From Chlorokybus atmophyticus (taxonomy: Eukaryota; Plantae; Mesostigma and Chlorokybus algae): 64,000 bases of DNA. Position numbers and translations under genes: made by a program. The DNA lies in the NCBI GenBank assembly GCA_009103225.1, contig RHPI01003244.1, positions 62,001-126,000 of the forward strand, given 5' to 3'. The notes beneath the pieces were generated by a model. It had not been told where the DNA came from. It worked only from the letters and a program-made list of their open reading frames with translations, and made no database searches. Shown here piece after piece: positions 1-13,188 of the stretch. How positions within the stretch are numbered: position 1 is the stretch's first letter; each line of letters begins with the position of its first letter.

Positions 1-53
1 CTGCTGCTACTCTTCCACTCCTGGCATGGTGGATCAGTGTCGTCGTGGTGCAG

Positions 54-1522
54 GTCTGATCGTGACCTCGGCGCTGGTTATCTGGAAGTTTCTTATGTGC
101 GTGACTGGCAGCGAGTCGCCCGTCGTCGTCGTCCTGTCAGGAAGCATGGAGCCAGCATTCTTCAGGGTGGGTTTTCAACTCTCTCTCGCTGCCGCTCAGA
201 GTTCGGAATGGTGTCGTGTTTGATCTGAACACACAGAGACAGAGGCGTAAGCAGAGCGAGCAAGCGAGCATTGGCATTGGGTGTGGATACAGTGTTGTTG
301 TTATGAGAGATGATGGGTTGGCGTTGCAGTGCGAGGTCGTAAGCGCGCACGCAACAAACTTGTTTTGTATGTATGCACAATCGTGCGCACGCAACAAACC
401 TGCTATGCATATTGCGATTCACAGATTGCAAACATGAATTTCAGTTGGTTTGTGTGCTGCATTCGTCCACGGTGTGTGGCCGGTTGCGCTATGAGTAGCA
501 TTGTGTTTATTCAATTTCAACCATTGCAGGGAGACATTCTGTTTCTTCACATGGGTAAAGCGCCTATCCGCGCTGGCGAGATCGTTGTGTTCAACATTAA
601 GGTGCGGGCATTAAGCATTTGCATGATCACAGCTCTATTTTTGTTGATAGATACGTTGTAGAGGGGCGAAAGTGCCCACCATGTTCAAACATGATGATTT
701 CAGGTTGTGTGCACAACATGAGAGCTTGTAGCATTTGATGAGGATGATTTTGTTCATCATCTGGCTGGTTTGGTACGTTAATCAGAAAACATTCATGTAC
801 TCATGGTTACACGCAGGGAAGGGACATTCCGATTGTGCACCGCGTTATCAAGGTATGTGCTTTGCAATGCTGTGCACTTTGTGTGGTTGGGTGTGGCTCT
901 CGCATGACTTGCAATTGTTGTTAAAATGAAGTGTGCTTGTGCGACAGGTGCATGAGCGTGCCGATAGTGGCGCTGTTGACTTGTTGACCAAAGGTACACG
1001 GCATTGCGTGGTGATGCTTATTGTGTGGCGCCGCTTTGCAACGAGTTACATGCACACGCCCTGATTGCGCAGGCGACAGCAACTTTCATGATGACCGTAG
1101 CTTGTATGCATATGGCCAAAGTTGGCTGCACCGCGAACACATTATGGGCCGTGCTGTCGGGTAGGTATATGGCAACCCTCTGTGCTTAAATGCATGTGGT
1201 TCTGCCGCATTGTAATATTGGTAATTATTGTCGCAACTATCATGCTATTCCCGCTGCTTGTTTCATTGTTCGTGCATGCAGGTATGTGCCATACGTGGGA
1301 ATGGTGACCATCATTATGAACGACTACCCTATGGTCAAGGTAGGGTCAATTGGCCATGTGTGGCGCCGTCGTTCTATCTCACAGCGATGCCCAATGCTTA
1401 CCCGTGTCTTGTGATCAAAGCACTGGTGGCCTTGCACGTGAAGCTGATACATGGTGTTGTGCCTTGAGCAGTATGTCCTCATTGGTATCCTGGGCATCCT
1501 AGTGGTGACAAGTAAAGACTGA
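54..1522 (+). CDS. SEC11: Signal peptidase complex catalytic subunit SEC11 (5' exon(s) upstream of window)
   Basis: GT-AG exons 54-166, 530-601, 817-852, 948-993, 1073-1160, 1282-1339, 1472-1522 join in frame: [88 protein letters not shown]. Catalytic Ser (SGSM), His (IVHR) and Asp (DDR) are present. Confidence 0.96.
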
Positions 1523-2530
1523 GAAGATTGCCAGATGCGCTTGCACGACTTCAAGGTGTTGGATGCCCATATGGCCACTGCTAGCGAAGTGGTTGACATC
1601 TCGCTGCTGAGGTCCATATGTGAATGAATGAGATGCTGCACTGGTTGATGTGTGCCACATCAGTGGGCGTCTGCTGTGCAATGGCGCGCGTGTCAACCTG
1701 GTGGTATTCTGGACAGTGTCAATATTGCATAGCAGCACAGGGAGGGCAAAGCTCTGGGACCGTTGGAGGTGTGAACCCCACCCCCAATTCTCCTGACAAT
1801 ATCACTAACACTGTCATGAGTCTCCACAACTTGCTGGCAATAGACAGTGGTTCAAACTGTCTATCTGCACAAGGCATAGCGGTAACTGCGTTACGCTGCA
1901 TGTGAGTCATGCCAGCAATGCAGCTTGCACGTGCAACCATGCAGCTCCTTTGACACTGCAATTTGCAACATATACACCCCACATTCTGTGTACATGATGT
2001 ACACATTTTCGTTTTGCATTGTTTGCACAATCTACCTTGCAGCTTTTGTGCACTGCGCATGGATATGATGCGGAAACAAACACTGCATGATCAAGTATCA
2101 TCCCTGCATGACAGTCGCAACTTTGCAACAGACTAAGAGCCACACATAATGACACAACACCATCATCAGTTGCAAAGCGCTGCCTGGCCAACCGAGAATC
2201 TAGAAGGTCTTGGGTGCCAATGTGTACATCATGTACACAGAATGTGGGGTGTATATGATGCAAATTGCAGTGTCAAAGGAGCTGCATGGTTGCACGTGCA
2301 AGCTGCATTGCTGGCATGACTCACAGACTGGACAACAACAAGTACTGAAACAACCCCAAAGCGCCCAATTGGCGGCTGCAGTTGATGTGCAAGCTTATTA
2401 CCCACGTGCATGCAACTGGCATCATCATGCGAAAAATGCCGCGTTGCACAAGCTATATGCCGCGTTGAAGATTTCACCACTTGCATGCAGCCGTCCCGCT
2501 GACGCTTCAAAACTTGCGCGCACTACTCGC

Positions 2531-5500
2531 TTATCTCTTGGCAGGTACTGGCTTATGGACACCGTTGGCAGCGCCGTTGCCATTCATTATGGCGGGTGCA
2601 GCTTGCTTTTCAGAGGTCTTCCACTGCTGCTTGCGGCTGATCTTCCAGTACGACTCGGGGAACGCATGATCTGCGCCGTACTGCTTGCGGACGGCATCGT
2701 ACAGGGTGTGGTCAAACATGACGCGGTACTGCTCGAGCGTCTGATAGGTGTAGCTGTAGTTGCCCTGATAGCCACCAACCTGAACGCACCCACATGATTA
2801 TTGATTTGGTGACTTGTAACATCCCTTTCTGCAAGTCCAAAGAGGCTAATATCCCACTCACCTGATGCAAGTACTTCTCCACAGCCGAGATGGCCGTCAC
2901 GGTGTTGAAGTTCTGCACGCCTGGTGGGCCAATAGTTGCCGCATCAACATAATGGGCGTATTCGCCTGCCTTTGTGCCCTTGGGTGCTCGGAGCTTGCCC
3001 TGGTACCTGATACAAGACCAGTGAAGTTCAACAGAACTCCAAGTGGGAGTGAAGACGCGCAGCAAGTGCTGCTTACGAGTGCCAATCATACATACAGTCG
3101 CAGCAGATGGCTTACTTTCCGGTGTTGTAAACACGATGGGGGCAAAGCCACAGAGGGTATACGCTCAACTCCTTTTCGCAGACATCCATGATGCCCTCAA
3201 GCTTTTCCAATGGCACGAGCCAGTCCTGCAACACGTAGTTTTCCTCTGCAAGCAACAGGTACAACAGTAAACAACGGCATCATACATGGGCAATGTGCAA
3301 CTGATACAGATGCAAGCATGTGCACCCACCATAGAACTTGGTGATTGCTTCAGACTCGATGAGCTTCAGGAAAGGCACGCGAGGTGGAAGCATCCATCCC
3401 AGAGCTGTACGGAACAAAGCATTGTTGCAGATGGGTATCTGGTCCTCCAGCGCCCAGAAGATGCTGCGGTTGTGGCGCTGATAGTATTGGCGCAGAGGAA
3501 TCAGCTCGGTGTGCTCCTGCCTGGCATCTGAAAAGCTCTTGCAGTGCATGTAGAAGTATGGCTGCAAGCAACATGACATGTCAGCAACGCTGAAGGGACA
3601 GAAAGCATGGCTCAGTTGCTGTTCTCAACTGCAAGCAGGGCAATGCATGGCACATGCGCACACCGTCACATGCGTGTGCAAGCTCTGTGACAACACAAAG
3701 CTCATACCTTGAACCACCAGTCGATGTAATTGACCGGCACATTGCGGTCCTCCACGGCATGGCCGTCACTGTAATAGCCAGCAAGGATCACTCCTTCGTT
3801 GATGTTATACATGATGCCCTCCAGGAAATCTGGTGGGCTTGCACTTGTCTGCAGGCGCGTCCACAAATCCACACACTGGCGCTTGCTGGTTACTGGAATG
3901 TATTGGTGTCGGACATACCTAAACGCACAGGGTGCACTTGATACTCAAATATGACACATAGTGTAGCGACCAAACTGCTCCATGCTTGCACTTGAGAAAC
4001 TCACTTTGTTGCTTTCATCACTTTCAGCTCAATTGCTGTCAAAAAGCCTACTGTACCAAAAGACCAAGGGATGGCATGGAACAGAGCATCCTTGTCGGTG
4101 ACATGCACCACCTGCCCGTCCGGTAGCACCACCTCAAAGCCCACGCAGATGTCGTTGAACAGCCCATAATGGTGTGATGACGTCTCAATACCTGCCAGAA
4201 AGGGTATTGTCCTACACTTGCAAGACTGCATTCTGGACGCTCATACGCTTGTGACAATCCCAGACATTGCAGCCACATCTCATGCTAGTCATATTCATGC
4301 GTACCGTAGCCATTGACAAGGCCCCCCATGGTCAGCTCATCCATTTCTGGAACAATGGGCAGCGTGTATCCCCTTGGAAGCAGGTAGTCAAGGATTTGCA
4401 GAATATTGACTGATGGCTCCACCGTCAGCACCTTCTTCTCCTCATCCAAGGACAAGATGTCCGTGAGGTCAATGTGCACATTGTGAAGGACCTTCTTGTA
4501 TTGACAATGTCGCGGAGACACGGTCATCCAGCCAGGTCGTGCAGTGCACATGTGTGTCTGCCTGCCACCTTTGTTCCATGCCACGACCTATCAAGCCAAG
4601 ATGAGCACATCTGCTTCAAGCCACGTCATGCCAAACAATGAAACCGGCTGCCATAGCTGGTTGACAAAGTAGCTGTTGGACACTGGCATGCAGACTTAGC
4701 AGAACACACCTGTGCTTTGATATTCTCCACTCGTTCACCATGCAGCTCGGGAGCAGTCTTCACCTTGGCAATGTACCTACGAGGTGACAGTCTTTATCGA
4801 TGTTCATCTTCAGCGCATGTACCCCGGTGTCACAGACAACAATACATGATGAGACATGCTTACACCTTGCCACATGCACGCATGTGCATCTCTGTAGCAA
4901 CGCACACATGCATGCAAGTCCCGCGACCCTGCCAGCTTTATCTGCAAACTGTTCTTGAACTAGCGACTCTTCCAAAGTTGACGACATGCATACAACGACA
5001 TGCATGGTAAGCCCCCATCCAAATGACGCTAAGCACATGTTGCTGCTCATTGCTGCACGTGTTCAAGTTCCAGGCAGAATCACTTGTCGGTTGTTCACGG
5101 CAAGCTGGAAAACATTCAGCTGCATCTGCATGCATTAATGCCATGCATCGATTGCGCCGGATACCTTGCAAACACAGACATTGACAGTGTGACACAAAAG
5201 ACGTCGTCATCGACGTCGACGACATCAGCTCGGTTACAAGCGCTACATGCTTAGCTTCATGCAAACCAACACAAGAGAAAGACAGCCGGTTTGCAGGACG
5301 CCTGCATGATAAGAGAGACGTGTCGTACATACCATGTCCTGGCTCGCCAAAAGAGGTCAAAAACAAAGGAAGCCGGCAGGACGACAACGACCACAAGGAT
5401 GGAGCGGTAGTGCGTGAGAATGTGCGTGAAGAGCTTCCACAGCGGCTCATTCAGCCCAGTGGCCCTAAGCGCCGACGTCGTGACGCCGCCAGCCACGCCC

Positions 5501-5577
5501 AGCACGAGCTGAGCAACCGACAACCATAACCTCACGACAGTAAACACCACCCTCTCCAGCGCCGCAAACGCCCTCAT
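2531..5577 (-). CDS. DWF1: Delta(24)-sterol reductase (FAD-linked oxidase, DWF1/DHCR24 family)
   Basis: Nine exons (5333-5577, 4710-4776, 4305-4587, 4005-4191, 3708-3918, 3330-3561, 3116-3245, 2862-3006, 2531-2779). Motifs: [141 protein letters not shown]. The start Met at 5577 is the most plausible one. Confidence 0.95.
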
Positions 5578-6601
5578 CGCCGCCGCCGCCGCCGCCGCCG
5601 CCGCTAACTCCCAGCACAACCTTTGGCCAGCAGAGTGACTCATAAACCCTAGTGTGGCTGCCCAGCTGTGGCAACACTCACATCAGCAACTGCGCATCAT
5701 ACACCAGTGCTGCCACTTGGATCTCCCGCCATTTTCCAGCTCTGTTTGGTTTTACTGGTCGAGACATCATAGCCGTCCGACACGGGCGTTTCAGCGTGGC
5801 AATCATCAAACCGTGCAGTGCAAGGCAAACCAAGTTTGAACGGCGCGAGGAGACGGTCAACAGCTTGCAATTTAGGGAGCGCGTACGTGTAGTGGGTGAG
5901 ACAGATGCTCCTTAAACGGCCGGGCATATTCTTCGTTTGTGCTGCTGTTTACGCGAAAAACACAACACAGCTTGTTCTCGTGGCCCTCAAACCCTAGCAT
6001 CTATCAGGGTCACAGGAGAACGAGACGTACAGCATCTCTGCGGCGGTGGAGGGGGGAGCTGGCTGGTGTTGGGCAGTTTGGTGTATGAGTTTGTATGCGT
6101 GCAAACACGCGAATCTCGGCTTGGTTTTGTCTGGGCTGGGTTGACTCACTGAGCGAGTGATTGGCTCCTGCTCCTTGAGGTGTTGTGTTGGTGGATTGGT
6201 GGGTACTTGGCTTGGGTACTTGGCTTAGCTTCTGCCAAAGTGTTTCAGTGCTGCCACCTGGTACCTGTGCTACTGCTGAATGGTCCCAGCTGGTTGGTGC
6301 ATAACGGAGAGTAGGCTAGTTGGACTTGCTAGGAGGCAGATCAGGCTGTGGACTCTTTCCGCATACAGCTCTTAGGAGGCGCTGAGATGCTGCCAAGCTA
6401 ACGTTGCGGTGAGTATTGTACATTGCCAGTGTTGCCCAACACTTTCTGTTTTGTCGGCTTGTTTGACGTTTCGACACGGCTCTCTTTGATCTGACGTACC
6501 TTTTGCCGTTGTCAAGCCGCTTTTGTCTCTCAGTCATGATGTGAGGTGGTTGTCCTTCTTGTGCTTTTCAGACTGCACGCAGACGTGCGTGCGAAGTAAG
6601 C

Positions 6602-9600
6602 ATGGACCTGTGGACGGCATGCAGCCGTGGCACGCTCGCTGAGGTTGAAGCTGCACTTGCAGCATCAACCTCATCATCCCGCAACAAAGCAATAATCGAT
6701 GCGGTGGATGCGCATGGTGCAACAGCATTGGGTATTGCCGTCTGGCGCAATCGTCTTGCGGTAATCCGTCGACTGCTGGAAGCTGGAGCAAATCCTGACG
6801 CACAGGTGTGGTACAGACGCAAGCTTTGACTGGTTTGCATGCAGAGCAATTGTTTCTTATTTCCTCAACCACTTTGGAGATGCGACTTTTGATTAGTTCG
6901 CTTTGAAGTTGTATTTGTCTTGGACATTTCAAGAGGTCTCATAGCTTCTTGATGTCATCTAAATGCTGGGGTATGTTTGGTTGCAGTTTATTGGCAAAGG
7001 TGGACAACTTCGCTGGCTGGGTCGCCATAGCAATGTGCGTGGTCCTTGTGGGTCTCTAGCTGATGACTCCGTTACTTGTGTACACTCCTACACAAGTCAA
7101 AGCAATGAGGGTCTGCCAGTTACGTGGCAGACCTGATAGACAAGTAGAGCACTTTGGCAAAGTATAGTCGAGCAGATCCACGGTTGGTTATATCCAACGA
7201 GCGTTCTCAAGACTCACAACAATGTGTGGGAGAGCACATGGGATGCAGGGCCTGTTGATAACCCACACTTGTTTGCAGAATGGTCGCACTGGGTGGACAG
7301 CTTTGCACCAGGCACTGCATATGGGTCACGTTCGCGCCGTTGCACTCCTTCTGGAAGCCAACTCAGCTCTACATATTGAGGACCATAGCGGGCGAACCTC
7401 TTTGGACCTTATTTCTGAGCCTCTACAGCCGATACTTCGTGAAGCATGTAAGTCCACAATTTTTCTGTGCATGCTGGTTATTACATGTGATAGTGTCTTT
7501 CATTGCCGCTAATGCACTGTGTACTGCAGCTGCCTTTGAAGTGCACTCCTGGGGCAGTGGCGTGAACTTCACCCTTGGAACAGGCTCGACTGGGATTCAG
7601 CTAGTACCCAGCCGAGTCGATGCTCTGCATGGTTTGGACGTGAAACTGGTCGCAGCTGCCAAGTTTCACAGTGCAGCGCTTACGTCCGATGGGCAGTTGT
7701 TTACGTGGGGTTTTGGGCGGGGCGGGCGATTAGGGCAGCCAGATTTTCATATCCACAAGTGAGTGATAGACACCTCAAGCACAGTACTAAGCTGAGACAC
7801 AATCTCAATGTATGCTGATAGCCGTGAGAAGCGCAAGCTGACCAGAAGTGCTTTTGTGCAGTGGCGAGGTGGCCATCATCAAGCCTGAGAGGGTATTGGC
7901 AGGGCTTGAGAAAAAGGTGGTAGTTGCGGTTGCTGTTGCAAAGCACCATACCATTGCAGCAACGGATGCTGGAGAGTGTTATACCTGGGGCTCAAATCGA
8001 GGTGGGAACAGGGTGTTTTGTTTGTGATGTCGTTGACTTGGTAGTTGCAGTATAAAGCAACCTGTTTTTGATGGCAGATGGGCGATTGGGTTACACAGCG
8101 GTGGACACCCAACCAACACCGCGCAAAGTGACTGCACTTCGAGTCCGCGTCACTGCTGTTGCAGCATCCAACAAGCACAGTGCAGTGTTGACCAATACTG
8201 GCGAAGTGTACACTTGGGGTTGCAATGATGATGGCCAGCTGGGCTACGGCACATGCAATTCGGTGTCAAGCTATAAGCCCAGACTTGTTGATAGCTTGAA
8301 AGGCAAAGCGCCCGGCATCCAGATGTCTATCTCCAAGCGCCATAACATGGTGCTTTTAGCAGACGGTGAGGTGCACACCTGGGGCTTCAAGCAGGTCATG
8401 CCCAGGCGAGTGCTATTTCTGAAAGACCAATCCAGTGGGGACTTCCAGATCCAACGGCATCAGCGTCCTATGCGACTGCGCGTTGTAGAGTTGGCAGCAG
8501 GCGCTGCGCACAGCACTGTGTTGACAGAGGATGGCGCAGTTTTCTTCTGGGTATCTGGTGACCCCACACTCAAAAGTCAACAGGCAAGTTTGTGCTCGTG
8601 GCTTGCGTGTTCGCTGGACAGGCCGTGCTGATTGCATTGTCTCTTGCTTGCAGGTAACCGCCCTGACCCGACACAATTGTGTGGCTGTTGCCAGTGGCAA
8701 AGCACGCACTGCGGTTGTCACTTCCTCGGGAGACGTGTGGATGTGGGACGGAAGTGCCAATGCTCCCAGCCAACCATACAGAGTGCCTGGCCTCAAGCGC
8801 GCAGTTGCAGTGTCGGTCGGCGAGAAGCACTCTCTTGCGCTCATAGGGTTGTCTCTACCAAAATTGCAACCCCCGAATGCAGTACAGGTTGCAGCTGAAA
8901 CACCAGGTCAAGTTGAAGAAGAGGATGAGGATGATGGCTATTTTGACATGGATGGCGAGTGGGTTCCAGGTCGCAGGCCTCAGCGACGTAAGAAAGTAGT
9001 CTTTGTTTTCGTTGTCCTACTGGCCTGATCGTTTTGTACCAAATCTCATGACTGCCATTGGACATGGACATGCAGGTTGTAAGGGTCCCATTCAGCCATT
9101 GACACTTCTCTGTGAAGAGGTCCTTGCCAAATCGTGTGCTGAGCCACGGAACGCTCTGCAGCTACTGGGAATAGCTGATGCACTTGGGGCAGATACTCTC
9201 AAGGCTTATTGTCAGGTGAAGGGTTGCTTGTCTTGTCTGGTATATCTCTTTGGTTCATTGCTCATGTTCGCCAACGCAAGAATGTCCAGAGCAGCATACT
9301 TGTAGCAAGCATACTTATGCCTCACACGCTCAACGTCGCACAGGGCTTGGTGCTTCGCAATCTGGACCACGTTCTGCTCATGGTTCCCCATGCTCTGAGA
9401 GACGTGAGACCACCATTGCTTGCCGAACTGGAAGCGTTGATGGCTGCCGGCGAACATGGATGGCACCATCGGCCTAGGCCCGTCCTTGCTGTTCCCCCAC
9501 CGCTTTCTGAGATGGAGGAAGAAGCAGCCAACCAGGCAGCTTGGCATCGGTCTCCGCACAGCGAGCCTGACAGTTGTGACCAACAGTTGAAGGAAGAGGA

Positions 9601-11262
9601 CGACACGCCTGCAGCAATGATGAGTGACGGCTTGGATAGCGATGCAGTCACTGTTGTGCGTCAAGCAAGGGCTGTCCGCAAGAAGCTGCAGCAGATTGCC
9701 ATGCTTGAGGCCCGTGAAGCAGAGGTATGCTGTTGTACATCACATCCTGCACAATTTTAAGTGACATTGCTGTTGTCAGCACACACGAACCAAATGGTAA
9801 TCTTTGCTGACAGGGTCATCAGCTTGATGCACAGCAGAGGGCAAAAACACGTGCAAAGCCTGCCCTTGAAGCTGCACTGCAGTCTCTGCAGCAAGGAACA
9901 CCCCTGCAGCAACCATTGCCCGGAGGTCCACATGCCCGCAAACATAGCGAAGATTTGCGTAACAAGCCTCCGCTGGCTGCCACTCCCAGGCATGAGCAAC
10001 CAGCGAGCAAGCAGAAATTGAAGAAGGCGTATTCGGGTCCTGCGGCTACGATGACGGCTGGTGCGAGGTTCCTTGAAGCAGAGTCCAGTGTTGAGGACGA
10101 GGTTGGCCCTAGCTTGCAGGTGTGTAGCTCCATGATTATGCCGGATCTGAAGCCGGTTTGTGCTGTGCTGGAACAGTTCTAGTATAGTAGCTAATGTGTG
10201 TGTTTGACTGTTTCTTCTGCAGGATGAATTCAATGGTACCGCATTTGCTGCTGAGGGCGAGTCCAACAGAACCGTAATTGAGACTTTAAACACAAACCCC
10301 AGCAGAAAGGGAGCCCGCAAGGAGGCGCGACGTCTCTCATTGTCAAGCTTTCTGTCTGGCGAGGACACGGTCCCCAAAGCAGCACGCAATGTGCAAGTTC
10401 AGCCGCTTGCTGAACCTGTCGCACCAGCAAAGCCAGCTCTGCCAGCATGGGGCGGCATTACGCAGGCCATCAATAGTGCAACCAAACTAAGCGACATTCA
10501 GCAGCAGCAACAACAACAACAGCTCAACATGAATGGCAGCAGCTCTGCTCTTCGGCAACATGCATCATCAAACAGTAAAGGTACTGGCATGACCTCTCGC
10601 ATTGATGGCATCAGTATTCTTGCAATGGCTTCAAGAGCAGGTTGCATGCTGAACATTTGCAAACAGGTGCTTCCAGTAGTCAGTCGGTTACGGACGATGA
10701 AGAAGCACGCCAGCGCTTGTCTTTGGCGCAGTTTGTCAAGAAAACACCTGCGCCGAAGGTCAAGACAACAGTGGGAAGCCCTGTCTCATGGCAAACCACC
10801 TCCACCTCAACAGTTCCATCCTTGAAAGACATACAGTCTCGAGAGGTACGTTGTCTGTGTTATCTGCCTTTGCAAGCCATCTTGTGCAAGGAGTGCCGGT
10901 CTTGCTTTGTGTGGTTGGCTGCGTGTATACAACAGTCATCTCTCATAGAGGCACCAAACCCTAAAGCTGCTGTTCCTTTGCAGGAGCGCTTAGTTGCGCA
11001 GCGTAGGAGGTCAATAGGCCCAGCATTGTCGGACTCAACCAGTGCAACCCCGCCGAGCAGGGATGTGCCAGGGATGCTCTCGTCCTCACCAAGCAGCCTT
11101 TCCAGCCCCTTGACATTGCCAGATCAGAGCCCCAACAGATGGTATCGCCCATCCGAGCCAACGCCCTCGTCGCTCCGCAAGATCCAGGTGGAAGAGACAG
11201 CGATGAAGGAGTTGCGGAAACGGTATGGCTCCGTGCGCATCGTCATATCTGAACAGCAATAA
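6602..11262 (+). CDS. Ankyrin repeat + RCC1 repeat + BACK-like protein (IBTK-related, plant At3g03790-like architecture)
   Basis: Twelve exons: 6602-6805, 7279-7447, 7530-7758, 7862-8001, 8078-8583, 8654-8987, 9076-9215, 9344-9724, 9814-10119, 10223-10580, 10667-10845, 10936-11262. Ankyrins (GATALGIAVWRN, GWTALHQALHMG); RCC1 repeats (VHSWGSGVNFTLGTG, FTWGFGRGGRLG, YTWGSNRDGRLGYTAVDTQPTPRKV, YTWGCNDDGQLGYG); BACK-like LTLLCEEVLAKSCAEPRNALQLLGIADALGADTLKAYCQ; C-terminal SLRKIQVEETAMKELRKRY. Confidence 0.92.
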
Positions 11263-11990
11263 GAGATGAAGGCTTGGAGTTGCATGGCACCAGGGGTTGC
11301 TTTCTTTGGTGTAGCGCTTTGTATAGGATGGCAGTTGACAGCTCGCGAGTTTTTGTAGTGTGTTTTCTGCTAGCCATTCATTGATTGGATGTTGTCTTGC
11401 TGAGTAGCTTGAATAAGAGTATAGACCGTAAGGTAAGCATGATTGCGCCTCTGGTTTTTCGCACCAGATTTCTGCCCAGCAAGAGTGCATGTATCTTGAA
11501 AGCATGCTTGAACAAGTGGTCTTTCAGGGACGTTTTGTCTGTGTCTATAATGGAGCAATAGTTCTGCACCCCCAAATTTGTTCATGTTTGCCGCAGGTCT
11601 AGCAGCCAGGGCCTCAGCAGCAAGCAAGGTTCATAGTTTGCTCAACTATCTGCGATGCCTTCATGCTGTTGCATGCCCTCTTACTTCGTGCTGTGTGCAT
11701 GATCAATGCCAGTGCAGGAACTCCTGCACTGGCATTGATCATGCACACAGCACGAGTTCACAAGTTGACCCTCAGATGCTCGAGGAATCTCAGAACTTAC
11801 TTTGATTCACTGATCTTATGTACATGCTGTAACCTGCACTGCACTCCTGCACTCATATACAAAATTGGCATGCGATGGCCTACTAAATTACCTATATATA
11901 TCAACACATGAAAAAGAATGCTAGCGCACTGAGCTGGTCGACACATCGGAGTGTCGGTGACCAGTGGCGCATGTGCAGACTGTGCACTGT

Positions 11991-12814
11991 TCACGAGGCA
12001 TGCAGCTTGCCCTGCGGATCCTGCACACGCATGCCGAAAGGTGTTGGACACACGACATGGCGATACATCACCTGGACACTTGCCCCTGTTCACAACAACA
12101 CATGCACGGAGGGGAGTCTGCACAGCCATGCAATTCAATGCAATGCATGGGCAATAAGTGAGAACTGGAACCTCATCACCAACGATTTGCATAGCAACCT
12201 TCAATGTTACCTCCGGTTGAGCAGTGTGGTCGCTATCATGTTCGTCACTGCCCTCATCGGACGAGTCGTAGTTGGGGTCGTGGCGGTCGTATGCGGCCAT
12301 CTCGTGCGTTGTGGCGTCGTCCGTGGTCATGACCAGCTCGCCGCCCCACGTGCCCTTACCGCCAGCACCGCCTGCGCGTGTGTGCATTGGAGTGTACAAA
12401 AGATGGTATGCTCGTAGTTTGTGTGCGTGACATAGGCGCTGGCTTGTACGTGCTTTTGGGGAGAGAGAAAGAGAGAGGTGAAACTGCCTTACCTTTTTTG
12501 GGTGCGCCCAGAGTACCGCTGCCTGGTCACGGCCATGCATGACAGTCAGTTGCAATACATGGACTCTACAACGTGTCTGACATTAAGAGCCTCCGCACAG
12601 GCAGTTAAACCGCGCAGCAGGCGTCATCATTGACTGTTGAGTTCGGTGTAACACTTAGCCTGACCGAGCAAGCATTGTTGGTGCCAGAGCTGCTGCCCGC
12701 ATGGAGTGATGGCTACTGCCACATTCAACCCAAGACTGCCTTACCTGAGCGGCGGTCAAGCCGGCGCACTCCCCGCTTGACGCTCTTCTGCCTCTGCACG
12801 CTGTCCAGCGTCAT
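11991..12814 (-). CDS. Small (~97 aa) protein consisting of the PDCD4/MRF N-terminal motif with no MA3 domains
   Basis: Exons 12745-12814, 12493-12522 and 12211-12371 splice in phase with strong GT-AG sites: MTLDSVQRQKSVKRGVRRLDRRSGSGTLGAPKKGGAGGKGTWGGELVMTTDDATTHEMAAYDRHDPNYDSSDEGSDEHDSDHTAQPE. The probable last exon is 11991-12020 (DPQGKLHAS*), called with lower confidence. DRRS..G.PKKGGAGGKGTWG..DPNYD is the PDCD4 N-terminal signature. Confidence 0.8.
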
Positions 12815-13188
12815 GGCTCGCAGTCTTAGCTAGCCTTCGGTTGAACAACGTACACCCTTATCCTCCACACCGTATTACACAACGACGACGGCGATGGTGG
12901 CGACACAATGCAAGTCACTCTCTCTCTCTCATGCCTAACAGCCTCTAACCGCGGGCAAAACCTACCGGCTTGACTGCGTTTGGGCAGCAGCAGGTCTTAC
13001 ACAAGTTGTGCGGCAGGCGCGCATAAACAGGCGCTTTATGTGCGCCTCTCAACGCCTGCTACGCCTCCGTGCGTCTGGTCTTGTAAGGGTATCGTGACGT
13101 CAGCAGGGGGGACGGAGCCCGGTTAGGTTAACGCATCCGTGTCCGTGGGAGGGGCAACCCCTCAGGGGTTCTGTCAGACGGGCAGGTC

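Noticed and set aside
2210-2797. 195-aa plus-strand ORF
   Set aside because: Antisense shadow of the last DWF1 exon and its 3' UTR; no recognisable motif.
9757-10389. 210-aa minus-strand ORF, and similar long antisense ORFs over other genes
   Set aside because: They overlap well-supported exons on the opposite strand and are expected in GC-rich coding DNA.
11797-12210. Open frame continuing past the PDCD4-motif exon, possibly encoding MA3
   Set aside because: The translation is Cys/His/Ala-rich and intron-like, has no helical-repeat character, and begins at a strong GT donor.
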